DNA of 64,000 nucleotides from positions 181,875 to 245,874 of the IMG/VR virus record IMGVR_UViG_3300024520_000047, one strand, 5' to 3'. The position numbers and the translations under genes are program-made. The stretch's first letter is position 1, and each line of letters starts with the position of its first letter. This document shows, piece by piece, positions 29,811 to 39,158 of the stretch. Under the pieces are notes generated by a model that saw nothing but the letters and a program-made list of their open reading frames with translations, was not told the DNA's origin and did not search any database.

Positions 29811-31493
29811 TTATAACTTAGACATAATCTCTTTCATCCTAGTAATTTGAGGATTTTCATATGTCTTAGTTTCAATCAAGTTAATTGATGACCCCCGTGA
29901 AGGAGTTTTAGTAATGGTTTTTTGAACCGATTCAGTTAATGATTTTGCCTCAGCACCCAAATCACTTGAGATTTGCCTGTACAAAGATTTACTTTCATTA
30001 AGTGTTTTTACATTGTCAAAACGTCTAAGAATATTGATTTTCTCTTTTTTAGTGGTAGTGTGTTCAGTAAACAGTTTCGTTGAATACGCTAAATTAGCGT
30101 TAAAAACTGCTACTTCATTCAATTTACCTCTAAATATTTTTAAAGCATTTCTATATTCTTTATTTTTTGCTTTGTAATTGCGATTTTCATTTTGAAGTTT
30201 TTTGGATATTTCAACAATTTCGTTGATGGTTTGTTTCTGTTTCCTAGATTCACTAAGGTCTAAGTTTCTATTATTAGTAAAAGCTTTTCTTAAGCCCCTA
30301 CCTTTTTTAGAGCCAAAACCTGTAGTTCTAGAAGCTTCATCAACCTCTTGTTCTTTGGAAGCCACACCCTCTAAAGGATTGTTCTTATCTTGTTTATAAG
30401 CTGTTTCCATTGAGTTGAGGTCAGCACCAACTAATTTGTTTATAAACTGACGTGGACATTTAGGTCCCATTTGTTTACAAGCAAGAAAAGCATTCCATTT
30501 GTAATCGTTTTCGTCACAACCTTCAGAACCTTCTTGTTTACACCAGCTTTGATAATTACGTAAACTGTTATAAATTTTAAAGTCGCCCATAAATTGTTCA
30601 TTTAACGATTGGTCATTTTGATGCCCCCAACCATGTGAATGGTCCTTTTTTCTATTACCCCATTTACCATAGGATAAAGATTGGTCATCATGACCTGCTC
30701 CTAATCGCATGCCCATAGATTCATGTTCACGGTCATAGTCACCTTGACGTTCCTTAAATTCATGTCGAGTTTTTTGACTACGTCCCCTACTTCCAAAATC
30801 AGAACCTCCTTGGTCACCATGTGATGAACCACTATGTCCATCATATCCTGGGTCTGTATCTTTAAAATCAGGGTAGTCTACACCACCTTGGTCTCCTTTA
30901 TACATACCACGTTCATCGAGTTCGATTTCATATAAAGTTTCATCATCATCCCCTTCATTAAGTTCAGGTTCTATGTCAACATCTTGTTCAAACTCAATGT
31001 CTTCTTGTTCCATATTTTCTTCATTTAAATCGCCTATCCCTTCATTTATAAAAGGATAGTTTTTTAGTTTATTCTCGGCCAATTCGATTTTATATGATGT
31101 ACCAGCTTCCTGGTCTTCAATATCGATAACATTATCATCTTGTGTTACCACAATTCCGTCTTCTGCTCCCATTGATTTAAAAACTTTGAGAACTTCATCG
31201 TCTGATGCTGTTGTTAGGTCGAGTGGTTCATCCGAGTCCACTTCCATGGACACCATTGCTTCTTCTTCTTCATCAGGTAGTCCGCCTACCTCTTCTTCTT
31301 GGTCTTCATTTTCTATCTCGTCAAATTCTTCAACGTCCTCGAATTCATCTTGTTCGTTTAAAGATTCTTTAACAAGCTCTTCAATTTCTTGCTTCATTGT
31401 TGAAGCGAGTATTTCTTTTGCGTTAGATTTAACAGCCTCTTCTAATTGTTGTGCCTCTAAAAGAGCCTGTTCTAATACTGATTTTTTTTCCAT
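29811..31493 (-). CDS. Prohead core scaffolding protein with inserted segments
   Basis: Between protease and capsid genes; acidic, coiled-coil ends; many LxE motifs. Confidence 0.8.
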   Translation of the reverse strand: MEKKSVLEQALLEAQQLEEAVKSNAKEILASTMKQEIEELVKESLNEQDEFEDVEEFDEIENEDQEEEVGGLPDEEEEAMVSMEVDSDEPLDLTTASDDEVLKVFKSMGAEDGIVVTQDDNVIDIEDQEAGTSYKIELAENKLKNYPFINEGIGDLNEENMEQEDIEFEQDVDIEPELNEGDDDETLYEIELDERGMYKGDQGGVDYPDFKDTDPGYDGHSGSSHGDQGGSDFGSRGRSQKTRHEFKERQGDYDREHESMGMRLGAGHDDQSLSYGKWGNRKKDHSHGWGHQNDQSLNEQFMGDFKIYNSLRNYQSWCKQEGSEGCDENDYKWNAFLACKQMGPKCPRQFINKLVGADLNSMETAYKQDKNNPLEGVASKEQEVDEASRTTGFGSKKGRGLRKAFTNNRNLDLSESRKQKQTINEIVEISKKLQNENRNYKAKNKEYRNALKIFRGKLNEVAVFNANLAYSTKLFTEHTTTKKEKINILRRFDNVKTLNESKSLYRQISSDLGAEAKSLTESVQKTITKTPSRGSSINLIETKTYENPQITRMKEIMSKL

Positions 31494-31596
31494 AGTGCTT
31501 TACTGTTATCAGTTTTTGCTAAGTTTATTTGTTAATAAATATTATGAAAGCTCTAAAAATTCTATTTTAGAGAGAATTGTCTAATAAAAATTGAAA

Positions 31597-32307
31597 TTAA
31601 TACCCAGAAATAAAATTATCTAGTTTATTCATTAAATTAAGTGACCCAGATAACGCGTTAGATGTTAACTCTTCTTGGTCCTTTTCATGTGTTAATGATT
31701 CATCATAAAGTTCTTTTTCTTCTAAAGTTTTAAACAGATACGCACCAGGAGTAGATGGAGAAGAAACCAAGTCAAAACAAATTAATTCAAAATCATCTTG
31801 AACCACATTTTGATTTCCCTCTCGTTGTAAGGACCCCACTCCTCGAGAGGAAATTCCTAACGTTACGCCATAACGTAATAAGTTTGCTGCAATATCCCCG
31901 ACACAATCTATATTTCCAGTTTTGTGATAAGCGGGAGAAGTTAATATTTCTAACTTACCCATTAACACATTTCCGTCCCAATAAGTTTCTAATACCCTAT
32001 GTGAACTTCTTTCTAAATCTACTAAAGAAGATTCGGGGTGATTAAGTTCGGAAAGCGCACTTCCCATGTCTATCAGTTTTTGATAGTTTTGTACTTCTCT
32101 TTTTAAAATTGCTTCTGGATAAATTCTGCCGTTTCTGTTTTCTACTCCGGCTTTTTGTAAAATGGCATGAAATATTATTGGCCCTTCTTGTATAGACCTG
32201 TCTTTCATTTCTTTAATGACTTTGGTATTGTCTGATGGTGAAATTCTCCCCGCGTCGTACTCAATTAAAATACCCGTTCCTATTTCATTGGGTTTTAATA
32301 TTTTCAT
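31597..32307 (-). CDS. gp21: Prohead protease (T4 gp21-like)
   Basis: NRNGRIYP, LSELNHP, SHRV, GISSRGVGS, DLVSSPSTPGAY. Confidence 0.93.
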   Translation of the reverse strand: MKILKPNEIGTGILIEYDAGRISPSDNTKVIKEMKDRSIQEGPIIFHAILQKAGVENRNGRIYPEAILKREVQNYQKLIDMGSALSELNHPESSLVDLERSSHRVLETYWDGNVLMGKLEILTSPAYHKTGNIDCVGDIAANLLRYGVTLGISSRGVGSLQREGNQNVVQDDFELICFDLVSSPSTPGAYLFKTLEEKELYDESLTHEKDQEELTSNALSGSLNLMNKLDNFISGY

Positions 32308-32354
32308 ATTTTACTTTTAATATAAATAGTAAAATACTAATAAAACTTCTGGGA

Positions 32355-32786
32355 TTATTTTTTGGTGGGATAGAATTTAAAATCTGTAAATTTATTTAAG
32401 GTATCATTAATAATGGTATTTAGTACTTTACCCGCGTTACCTTCTATAATTTTAGATTTTATACTTTCTTCTTTTTTTAAGAATAGAGTTATTTCACAAC
32501 TCATATAGCTTCTTTTATTTTCTCTTATGCCACTAGTTCTAATATCTAGGTCTACTATATGTTTGTTTGATATAAATAAATCTGTACTGGTAGTTTCTAA
32601 AATATTGTATTTTATTTTTCTTTTTAATTTGCCTACCACCCTATCCCAATTTTCCGATTCATGGTTTGGAGAAAACCATGATGATATATTCAAATATATG
32701 GATTTGGGTTTTTTATAGTCTACACTTCCGTAATAGGTTCTGAATTTTGAATTTAGATTTAATTTAAATTGTTTTCCTGTCTTCAT
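32355..32786 (-). CDS. Hypothetical protein
   Basis: 143-aa ORF in head operon. Confidence 0.65.
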   Translation of the reverse strand: MKTGKQFKLNLNSKFRTYYGSVDYKKPKSIYLNISSWFSPNHESENWDRVVGKLKRKIKYNILETTSTDLFISNKHIVDLDIRTSGIRENKRSYMSCEITLFLKKEESIKSKIIEGNAGKVLNTIINDTLNKFTDFKFYPTKK

Positions 32787-32844
32787 AAAAATTTTATTAT
32801 AAATTAAATATAAACCTATTATATCTAATTGTCAAAAATTTCAA

Positions 32845-33117
32845 TTAAACATCTTCATCACCAACATCATACTCTTGTTTAATTGGTGTTTTTGGTGTTT
32901 TATTATCTCCGTTGGGTGAGAATTGTTCTGAAGCGGTAAAACCAAGTCCTACCATTACAATCCACTGCATAGATTCGTAGATGTTTTTAGAAACTTCTAA
33001 ATCAGTAAATAAATCTACGACAAAACCCAACATCATTAAAAGAAAAGCAATAAAAGTAACCACCCTCTTACTAGAGACCTTACCCTCCTTACTTAACATA
33101 TTTTTCCAAAAAGACAT
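32845..33117 (-). CDS. Small two-TM membrane protein (holin-like)
   Basis: Basic N-terminus then two hydrophobic segments (VVTFIAFLLMMLGFVV; MQWIVMVGLGF). Confidence 0.5.
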   Translation of the reverse strand: MSFWKNMLSKEGKVSSKRVVTFIAFLLMMLGFVVDLFTDLEVSKNIYESMQWIVMVGLGFTASEQFSPNGDNKTPKTPIKQEYDVGDEDV

Positions 33118-33848
33118 TAGAGAATAGTTTTATTTAATTCTTTTATTTTTAATAATGAATTTTTAGAAAAATTACCTTCGTTAATTTTATGTTTAGTTTC
33201 TTCTAATTTTAAAGTTAACTTAGAATCTGAAGTTTCTTTAATTAAACTATCTAATTTTGTTATAGCTTCATTAATATTTTCTTGGTATTCTTCATACAAC
33301 TCTTCTTTTCCTTTAGAATATAATTCTTTAAACTTTTTCTTATCACCACTAGAAAGATTATCAAACCGTTCATTAAATTTTCTAGTAGCTACATTTATAA
33401 GTAATGAGTTTGGTACATTAGATTCTTTTAACTGGATAGATGATTTACGTGTTAAATGATTTAGTAATTCTTTCCTGCCTTTAACCATACTATCTATTCG
33501 TTTTACACTTTCGTTAAAAACTAATAAATCTAAATGATTATAAATTTTATTGGTGGTTTCAGTAATATATGGTTTAAATTTACTAATAGTGTTATTTACA
33601 GTATTAGTTTTTAAATTCTTTTTCTTACTTTTTAAAATTTTAATTACTTGTGTGAGATAAGCTTCAGCTAATGATTTATCGTCAAATCTTTTATTTTCAA
33701 CTTGGGAATATAAAATAAAAAATTCTCTACTTTGTTTGTTTTCTTTTAATGCATTCATAAGGGAATGGAATGCGTTCTTAAAAACAGGTTTGTTATTAAA
33801 AGTATTAACTAATACAGTATCTAAATTATTTTTAACTTTACCAAACAT
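33117..33848 (-). CDS. Hypothetical basic helical protein (prohead core region)
   Basis: 243-aa ORF downstream of portal; TATTTAT motif at 33864-33870. Confidence 0.6.
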   Translation of the reverse strand: MFGKVKNNLDTVLVNTFNNKPVFKNAFHSLMNALKENKQSREFFILYSQVENKRFDDKSLAEAYLTQVIKILKSKKKNLKTNTVNNTISKFKPYITETTNKIYNHLDLLVFNESVKRIDSMVKGRKELLNHLTRKSSIQLKESNVPNSLLINVATRKFNERFDNLSSGDKKKFKELYSKGKEELYEEYQENINEAITKLDSLIKETSDSKLTLKLEETKHKINEGNFSKNSLLKIKELNKTIL

Positions 33849-33874
33849 AATAATTGTTTGATAATAAATATCTA

Positions 33875-35683
33875 CTACTTTAATAAATTTTCTAATTCTG
33901 ATGCTACATCCTTCAAATTAGAGTTACCTTTTTCTAAATTAAAATTATTGTTATCTATTTTTTCAAGAATTAATGGTAATTCAGACTCATCTACAGAAGC
34001 TAATTCAAGACCTTCACCACCTAGTCCTTCCCCACCTAGGTCTTCTGGAGGAGTTTCCTCACCACCCATTTCTAAACCAGTGTCAGCTGGTTCTTCTATT
34101 TCACCTTCAGCTTCAGCTCCTTCTTCAGCTCCACCAGCGTCGGGTACCGTTTCCCCATATAATTTATCTATATTTGCAAATAAACCAGTTTTCTTTATAA
34201 TTGTAGCTGTTTGATTAAGTTCTTCACCTACAGCTTTTTCTATTCTTTGTTGTTGTAAATCAAGTTTAATTTCTTCATCTGAAAATCCTAATACATTCTT
34301 TTTAGCCCATGTTGCTGAGGCTGGTAATATACCACTACCTGGGTCTGTAGTCACTTCTCTATAAAGGGCAACTTTCTCTTTCCATTGCTCAATTTTTAAT
34401 AACTCAGATTGGGTTGATGGGTTGGTCAGACCTAAAGTAAAATTACCCAATTCATCTTCAAAACCTAATAAATAAAGATGTATTATTGCAATTTTATTTA
34501 ATTCTTGAATCATTGCTTTTTGTATTCTATTAATGCTTCTAGCAAATCTAATGTCTTGGATGGCTAAATTTTTACCTTCCCCAACGACATCTTCAAACCC
34601 TAAAAATGCTTTAGGTATTCGTAATGCGGCTAATAATTTTTTCTGTATATATTCGATATCTGCTATTTCTGCAAGATTTTGAGCTCCCGGTAACGTATCT
34701 ATTGGGTTGGGTGCATTTAAATCTCTTACTGGGATAAAAAAGTCTTGGTCAACTGCCATTTGATTATAACGTAAATCCACATTTCCAGTATCTTTATCTA
34801 CAATAGGGTCACGCTTAAATTTATTAGCTACTCGTTGGACATACGCTTCAACATCTTTGTCATCCATATTTCCCACATATACTTTAAATACTCGTCTTTC
34901 TGGAGCTCTAGATGTCCTATAAATTAACATAGCATCTTCAGCTAACAATAATTGTTTCCAAATTCTACGTGCTTTTTCCAACATGGAAGTACCATATGGG
35001 AGTCTCCTATCATCAGATAATAATCTAAAATGAGCCATTTCCCATGTGTTAAATTCCATATTTTTATTTTTCCAAATAAATTTTACTTCTCGCTCTTCTT
35101 CTCCAGTATCGTGTTGGTAAAGTTTCATTCCTCTCTCAACCCTTTCAATTTCGATGTTAGGTAATTGGCTGGCTCCCACTATACCTTTTTTGGGGTCTAT
35201 TTTTAAATAAACAAAATCGTCTCCGTACTTTGCAGTATTACGAGTCCACATAGGTAAATTGGTTTCTATATCTAAAACATTGTTGAATAGGTCACCTAAA
35301 ATACTTTTTATTCTTTTAGATTCGGAATATATATTCAACATAAATCCTCTTTCAGATATGGTACAGCATTCTTCCGCCACTATATCTAATGCAGCAGAAA
35401 GTTCTGGAGTAAACTCCATTGACTCGTAATCATAATAAGCCGCTAATCTAGTTGGCTCATAATAAACCGCTTGAGAATATAACTGACTTTCTATTTTTTG
35501 CCATTGATTGGCTAAATATTGTCCTTGTTGTAATTCTAATTTCGACTTATCAAAATCAGCCTTGGACGTAGTCCGTAAAATTTGTTTTTTATCAACAGTA
35601 AAACTACGTTTATCAACAGTTGGACCTTCCGCACCAAACATAGCGGTAAGTCTTTGGAATATTGTCATTTTTGGTTCAGCCAT
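33875..35683 (-). CDS. gp20: Portal protein (T4 gp20-like) with acidic C-terminal tail
   Basis: YRTSRAPERRVFKVYVGN, DFFIPVR, IDTLPG, DIEYIQKKL. Confidence 0.95.
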   Translation of the reverse strand: MAEPKMTIFQRLTAMFGAEGPTVDKRSFTVDKKQILRTTSKADFDKSKLELQQGQYLANQWQKIESQLYSQAVYYEPTRLAAYYDYESMEFTPELSAALDIVAEECCTISERGFMLNIYSESKRIKSILGDLFNNVLDIETNLPMWTRNTAKYGDDFVYLKIDPKKGIVGASQLPNIEIERVERGMKLYQHDTGEEEREVKFIWKNKNMEFNTWEMAHFRLLSDDRRLPYGTSMLEKARRIWKQLLLAEDAMLIYRTSRAPERRVFKVYVGNMDDKDVEAYVQRVANKFKRDPIVDKDTGNVDLRYNQMAVDQDFFIPVRDLNAPNPIDTLPGAQNLAEIADIEYIQKKLLAALRIPKAFLGFEDVVGEGKNLAIQDIRFARSINRIQKAMIQELNKIAIIHLYLLGFEDELGNFTLGLTNPSTQSELLKIEQWKEKVALYREVTTDPGSGILPASATWAKKNVLGFSDEEIKLDLQQQRIEKAVGEELNQTATIIKKTGLFANIDKLYGETVPDAGGAEEGAEAEGEIEEPADTGLEMGGEETPPEDLGGEGLGGEGLELASVDESELPLILEKIDNNNFNLEKGNSNLKDVASELENLLK

Positions 35684-35726
35684 AATTAATTATAAATTTA
35701 CTAATTTTTTTACTCATGTAAATGAA

Positions 35727-35987
35727 TTATTCAACATAGTCACACATAACATAGGCGGCAGTTATGGGAGGGCTACATTTCCCACCATATACGTAAGTAA
35801 CACAATTATCTACGATTTTATCATCACACGTTTCACAACATTCTACAGTAGGTTTTATTTTCTTAGATTTAAGAATAGGTTTATTAAATTCTGGAGGGAA
35901 TGGTTTCCAAGCATAGACATCTTGAAATAAAGCTTGTCTTAATAACTTTCCACTTTTTTTTCTACTACTTCTCCCAAAGCCTGGCAT
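35727..35987 (-). CDS. Small Cys-rich protein
   Basis: 86 aa, six Cys in C-terminal half; between terminase and portal. Confidence 0.6.
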   Translation of the reverse strand: MPGFGRSSRKKSGKLLRQALFQDVYAWKPFPPEFNKPILKSKKIKPTVECCETCDDKIVDNCVTYVYGGKCSPPITAAYVMCDYVE

Positions 35988-36008
35988 ATAACTTAATTTA
36001 ATTATTGT

Positions 36009-37727
36009 TTATTTTAATCCTGTATATAACCATAAATAGTCATTGGGGTCATTTGATTTTGGTGGCAATACATGAGATGTAGCTCTTCCTGGTGTAAAAA
36101 CAGGTTTTCCGTTGTTTTTGGGTAACTTTCTTTCATCCATTGTCCAACTATCAATCATAGCTTTAGCTTGTGCAATATTGTTTTTTAATTGTGTAAAAGA
36201 ATTTTGTGCAACATATAAGGCCATAGACATAGACATAATCAAATCATCATGTTGTCCTCTCATGTGGTCAGGTCTGCCATTAATATATACAAATGTTTTT
36301 AATTCATTAAATAACCTTCTAGAATAAATCTTAAATCCAGTTCTTAATTGTTCCTCTAATGCTTGGACAATTTGAGCTCGTTTACTGTTAAAATTTATGC
36401 CTGGTACTTTGGTATCTGGGTTAAATTTCCACATTTCTGTGGCCTTAATTCCATCGTAATATAAGTCTTTATATCCAAGTTCTATCATTTTACGTGAAGT
36501 GGCTACACCCATTCCTCCAGTAATATCTATCACCACAAAACAACTATATTTGGTGGCCCATTTATGTGCCAAATCAGCGGCAATATCTGGTGGTAATTTT
36601 CCTAAATATTCTACTACTTGTTCTCTCTCATCAAAATCTATTATCTCAAAGCCAGTTGAATCCTCACTATCTCCTCGTGACACATCTATTCCCATTATAT
36701 ACTTATGCCCCACAATGGGTTCTTTCCACACCCACAAACCATTCCCCACCCATTTTTCTATAGGTTCAGTTAATTTTTCTTTTATTTTTTCCGTAGTTTC
36801 TATGGGTATAACGTTATCTCCGGACCCTAAAAACGCACATTCTAATTCCTGTGATATTTTTCTCCTATCAAACTTTAATTTCTTACACATTTCTTCAAAC
36901 CAAAAAGAAAAGGGTTTATATCCGGTTTCTATTAAAGACTCAAAATCCTCTTCTTTTTGATTAGATAATATTTTAATTTCAACATACTCTTCTCTATTTA
37001 AAAGAAAATGAACAATATCTTTAGTTTTTATCCACTGTAAATTTTTACTAAATCTAGGGTCATAATACCAACTCAAAGTACTAATTTGGAAATTATTAAT
37101 TTCTCTAATTGCTTGGTCATACACCTCATAATATATTTGGTCAAATCCGTTTGGTGTAGAGATGACAATAACCTTACCTCCTGTCGCAAGTGAGGCCATA
37201 CAAGCCGCCCATAAATTGGAACCAGCTTCGATATATGCAGCTTCATCAAAAATTAATATGGTTGGTGTATATCCACGTAACGCATCTACCGAGGTGGCAA
37301 CTGCTTTAACCTCTGAACCATTATTTAACTTATAATGTTTTTGTGAATTTTTATCTTTATCAAATCCAGAATTTACCCAATCGGGCCATTGGCGAAGAAA
37401 AGTTTTTATTTTATTTGCCATTTCCGTAGCAGTATCTAATTTATTAGCTAAAATAAGTACTTTTTCTGGACTATCTTCGGATGCAAATTGAAGTTTTTTG
37501 GATATCCAAGCTGAAGTAGCGGTAGAGACACCGGCTTGTCTATATTTGAGAACTATATTATCATCATAATTTTCAAAATCATGAATCATATTTTGTTGTT
37601 CAGGAAATAATTCAAATGGAACGTGTTTATTTTGGGTATTGTCGTATGTTTCTAAATAAGTTTTTAAGGCATAGTAGGTATCCTTATGGCATTTCACATA
37701 TTCTTGTATGAGTTCTTGTCTAGTCAT
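36009..37727 (-). CDS. gp17: Terminase large subunit (T4 gp17-like)
   Basis: LKYRQAGVST (Walker A), LIFDEAA (Walker B), ISTPNG, QELECAF, GIDVSRG, HDDLIMS. Confidence 0.95.
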   Translation of the reverse strand: MTRQELIQEYVKCHKDTYYALKTYLETYDNTQNKHVPFELFPEQQNMIHDFENYDDNIVLKYRQAGVSTATSAWISKKLQFASEDSPEKVLILANKLDTATEMANKIKTFLRQWPDWVNSGFDKDKNSQKHYKLNNGSEVKAVATSVDALRGYTPTILIFDEAAYIEAGSNLWAACMASLATGGKVIVISTPNGFDQIYYEVYDQAIREINNFQISTLSWYYDPRFSKNLQWIKTKDIVHFLLNREEYVEIKILSNQKEEDFESLIETGYKPFSFWFEEMCKKLKFDRRKISQELECAFLGSGDNVIPIETTEKIKEKLTEPIEKWVGNGLWVWKEPIVGHKYIMGIDVSRGDSEDSTGFEIIDFDEREQVVEYLGKLPPDIAADLAHKWATKYSCFVVIDITGGMGVATSRKMIELGYKDLYYDGIKATEMWKFNPDTKVPGINFNSKRAQIVQALEEQLRTGFKIYSRRLFNELKTFVYINGRPDHMRGQHDDLIMSMSMALYVAQNSFTQLKNNIAQAKAMIDSWTMDERKLPKNNGKPVFTPGRATSHVLPPKSNDPNDYLWLYTGLK

Positions 37728-37769
37728 CTCTTTATAATAAATAGTGAAAAGACTTAAATGATTCTAATG

Positions 37770-39158
37770 TTAGGATTGTCTTCTTAGGAAAGCTAATTCT
37801 TCTTGGGTTAGAGACGCCATTCCACTTTTACCTATTTTATCTAGTATAACGTCAACACTCATTTCTTCTTCAGATTCTTCTTGTGGGATGTCTAACGACC
37901 CTAAAACATCACCACCTTCAGGTTCTATAGTAGCAACTCCTTCGTCCCCTCCTTCATCATCATAATCTGTAGGTAAAGATTCTTCATAATCTTCTTTAGA
38001 TATTTGGTTAATAATTTCTTGGGTAATTCTTTGTAATTCTTCCTTACCTTCATCATTACCAGCTAAAATATTTTTAGTAAGTCTAAACATATCTTTCGCA
38101 TCCATATTAGCAAACTCACTAAATAGATAATTTTGTATTTCAGTTTTATCGTCTTGCATTAAATCCATAGGATAAGCCTCCCTGAATTTTTCCCATATAA
38201 TTGGCCCTAACCTTAAATCCCACACCTCAGCTGTTAGAGTATCTTCAGCGTCCATGACCCGTTGTGCTTGGTTGGGGTCATCTGGTAGACCTTGAGTGGC
38301 TAGTATTTCCATAACACCTTTTATTAATTCATGTACCAAAACTGGAAAAGTAATGCCTCGTGCAATGATGGTTGGTGGGTCCGTGTCTGGGTCTATCTCT
38401 TCTTTTCCTGCCATGCTTTCTCCACTTTCCGCCATCATCATGGTAGTTTGGTCTGGCATTATCCAATATACCAAATCATTTATAGACATCATAACACCGT
38501 ATAAATTAATAAGATTTGGGTCTATATTATTTAATTCCTCTTCTACCATATGAAAAAGATAATGCCCTTTTTTGGAAGCTCCTTGAATTAATTGGTTTAA
38601 AAACCTTCTTTTTTGTTTTTCAATATCAAAATCTTCAAATTCTTCCATCGCTTCTTCTTCCCCTTCTTCACTAGGTGGCTCTTGTTGCATTCCCTCCATA
38701 TCTATCTCACCCATCCCAACTATTTTCGCATCAAATTGAAGAGCGTCATCGGGAATGGCCATCTCCTCTTTTACTATTTTAACTGCTAATTCTTCTAATT
38801 CTTCTTTATGGGCAGCTTCAATTCTAAATATTTCTTGGACTGATTGCATTAACATCTGTTGTAATTGCATCATACTTTGGGGGTTTAATTGCTCAATTCC
38901 AGTATAACGTTTTACATTGTCAATTACTTGTTTAAACCTATCGGAAGCAACTAATTCTTCGAATGTGCTTGGTATGCCCTCTTCGGGAACTTTAGGGTAC
39001 GCTTGAGAACCCGCACCAGGAAATTCCCCACTTTCTATTTTTGATTGTATACTGGGATGCATTCTTTCTGGGCCCTCATAACTGATAGGTGCTTCATATA
39101 AGTTAGTCTTAATTTTTTCTATTTGGGATTTACTATACTCTTTTACTTTTTTACGCAT
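37770..39158 (-). CDS. Conserved-looking hypothetical morphogenesis protein
   Basis: 462-aa acidic ORF directly upstream of terminase. Confidence 0.65.
   Translation of the reverse strand: MRKKVKEYSKSQIEKIKTNLYEAPISYEGPERMHPSIQSKIESGEFPGAGSQAYPKVPEEGIPSTFEELVASDRFKQVIDNVKRYTGIEQLNPQSMMQLQQMLMQSVQEIFRIEAAHKEELEELAVKIVKEEMAIPDDALQFDAKIVGMGEIDMEGMQQEPPSEEGEEEAMEEFEDFDIEKQKRRFLNQLIQGASKKGHYLFHMVEEELNNIDPNLINLYGVMMSINDLVYWIMPDQTTMMMAESGESMAGKEEIDPDTDPPTIIARGITFPVLVHELIKGVMEILATQGLPDDPNQAQRVMDAEDTLTAEVWDLRLGPIIWEKFREAYPMDLMQDDKTEIQNYLFSEFANMDAKDMFRLTKNILAGNDEGKEELQRITQEIINQISKEDYEESLPTDYDDEGGDEGVATIEPEGGDVLGSLDIPQEESEEEMSVDVILDKIGKSGMASLTQEELAFLRRQS

Noticed and set aside
31551-31572. CTCTAAAA/TTTTAGAG hairpin upstream of the scaffold gene
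   Set aside because: AT-rich stem without a clear U-tract and seen only once; cannot be distinguished from chance or a weak terminator
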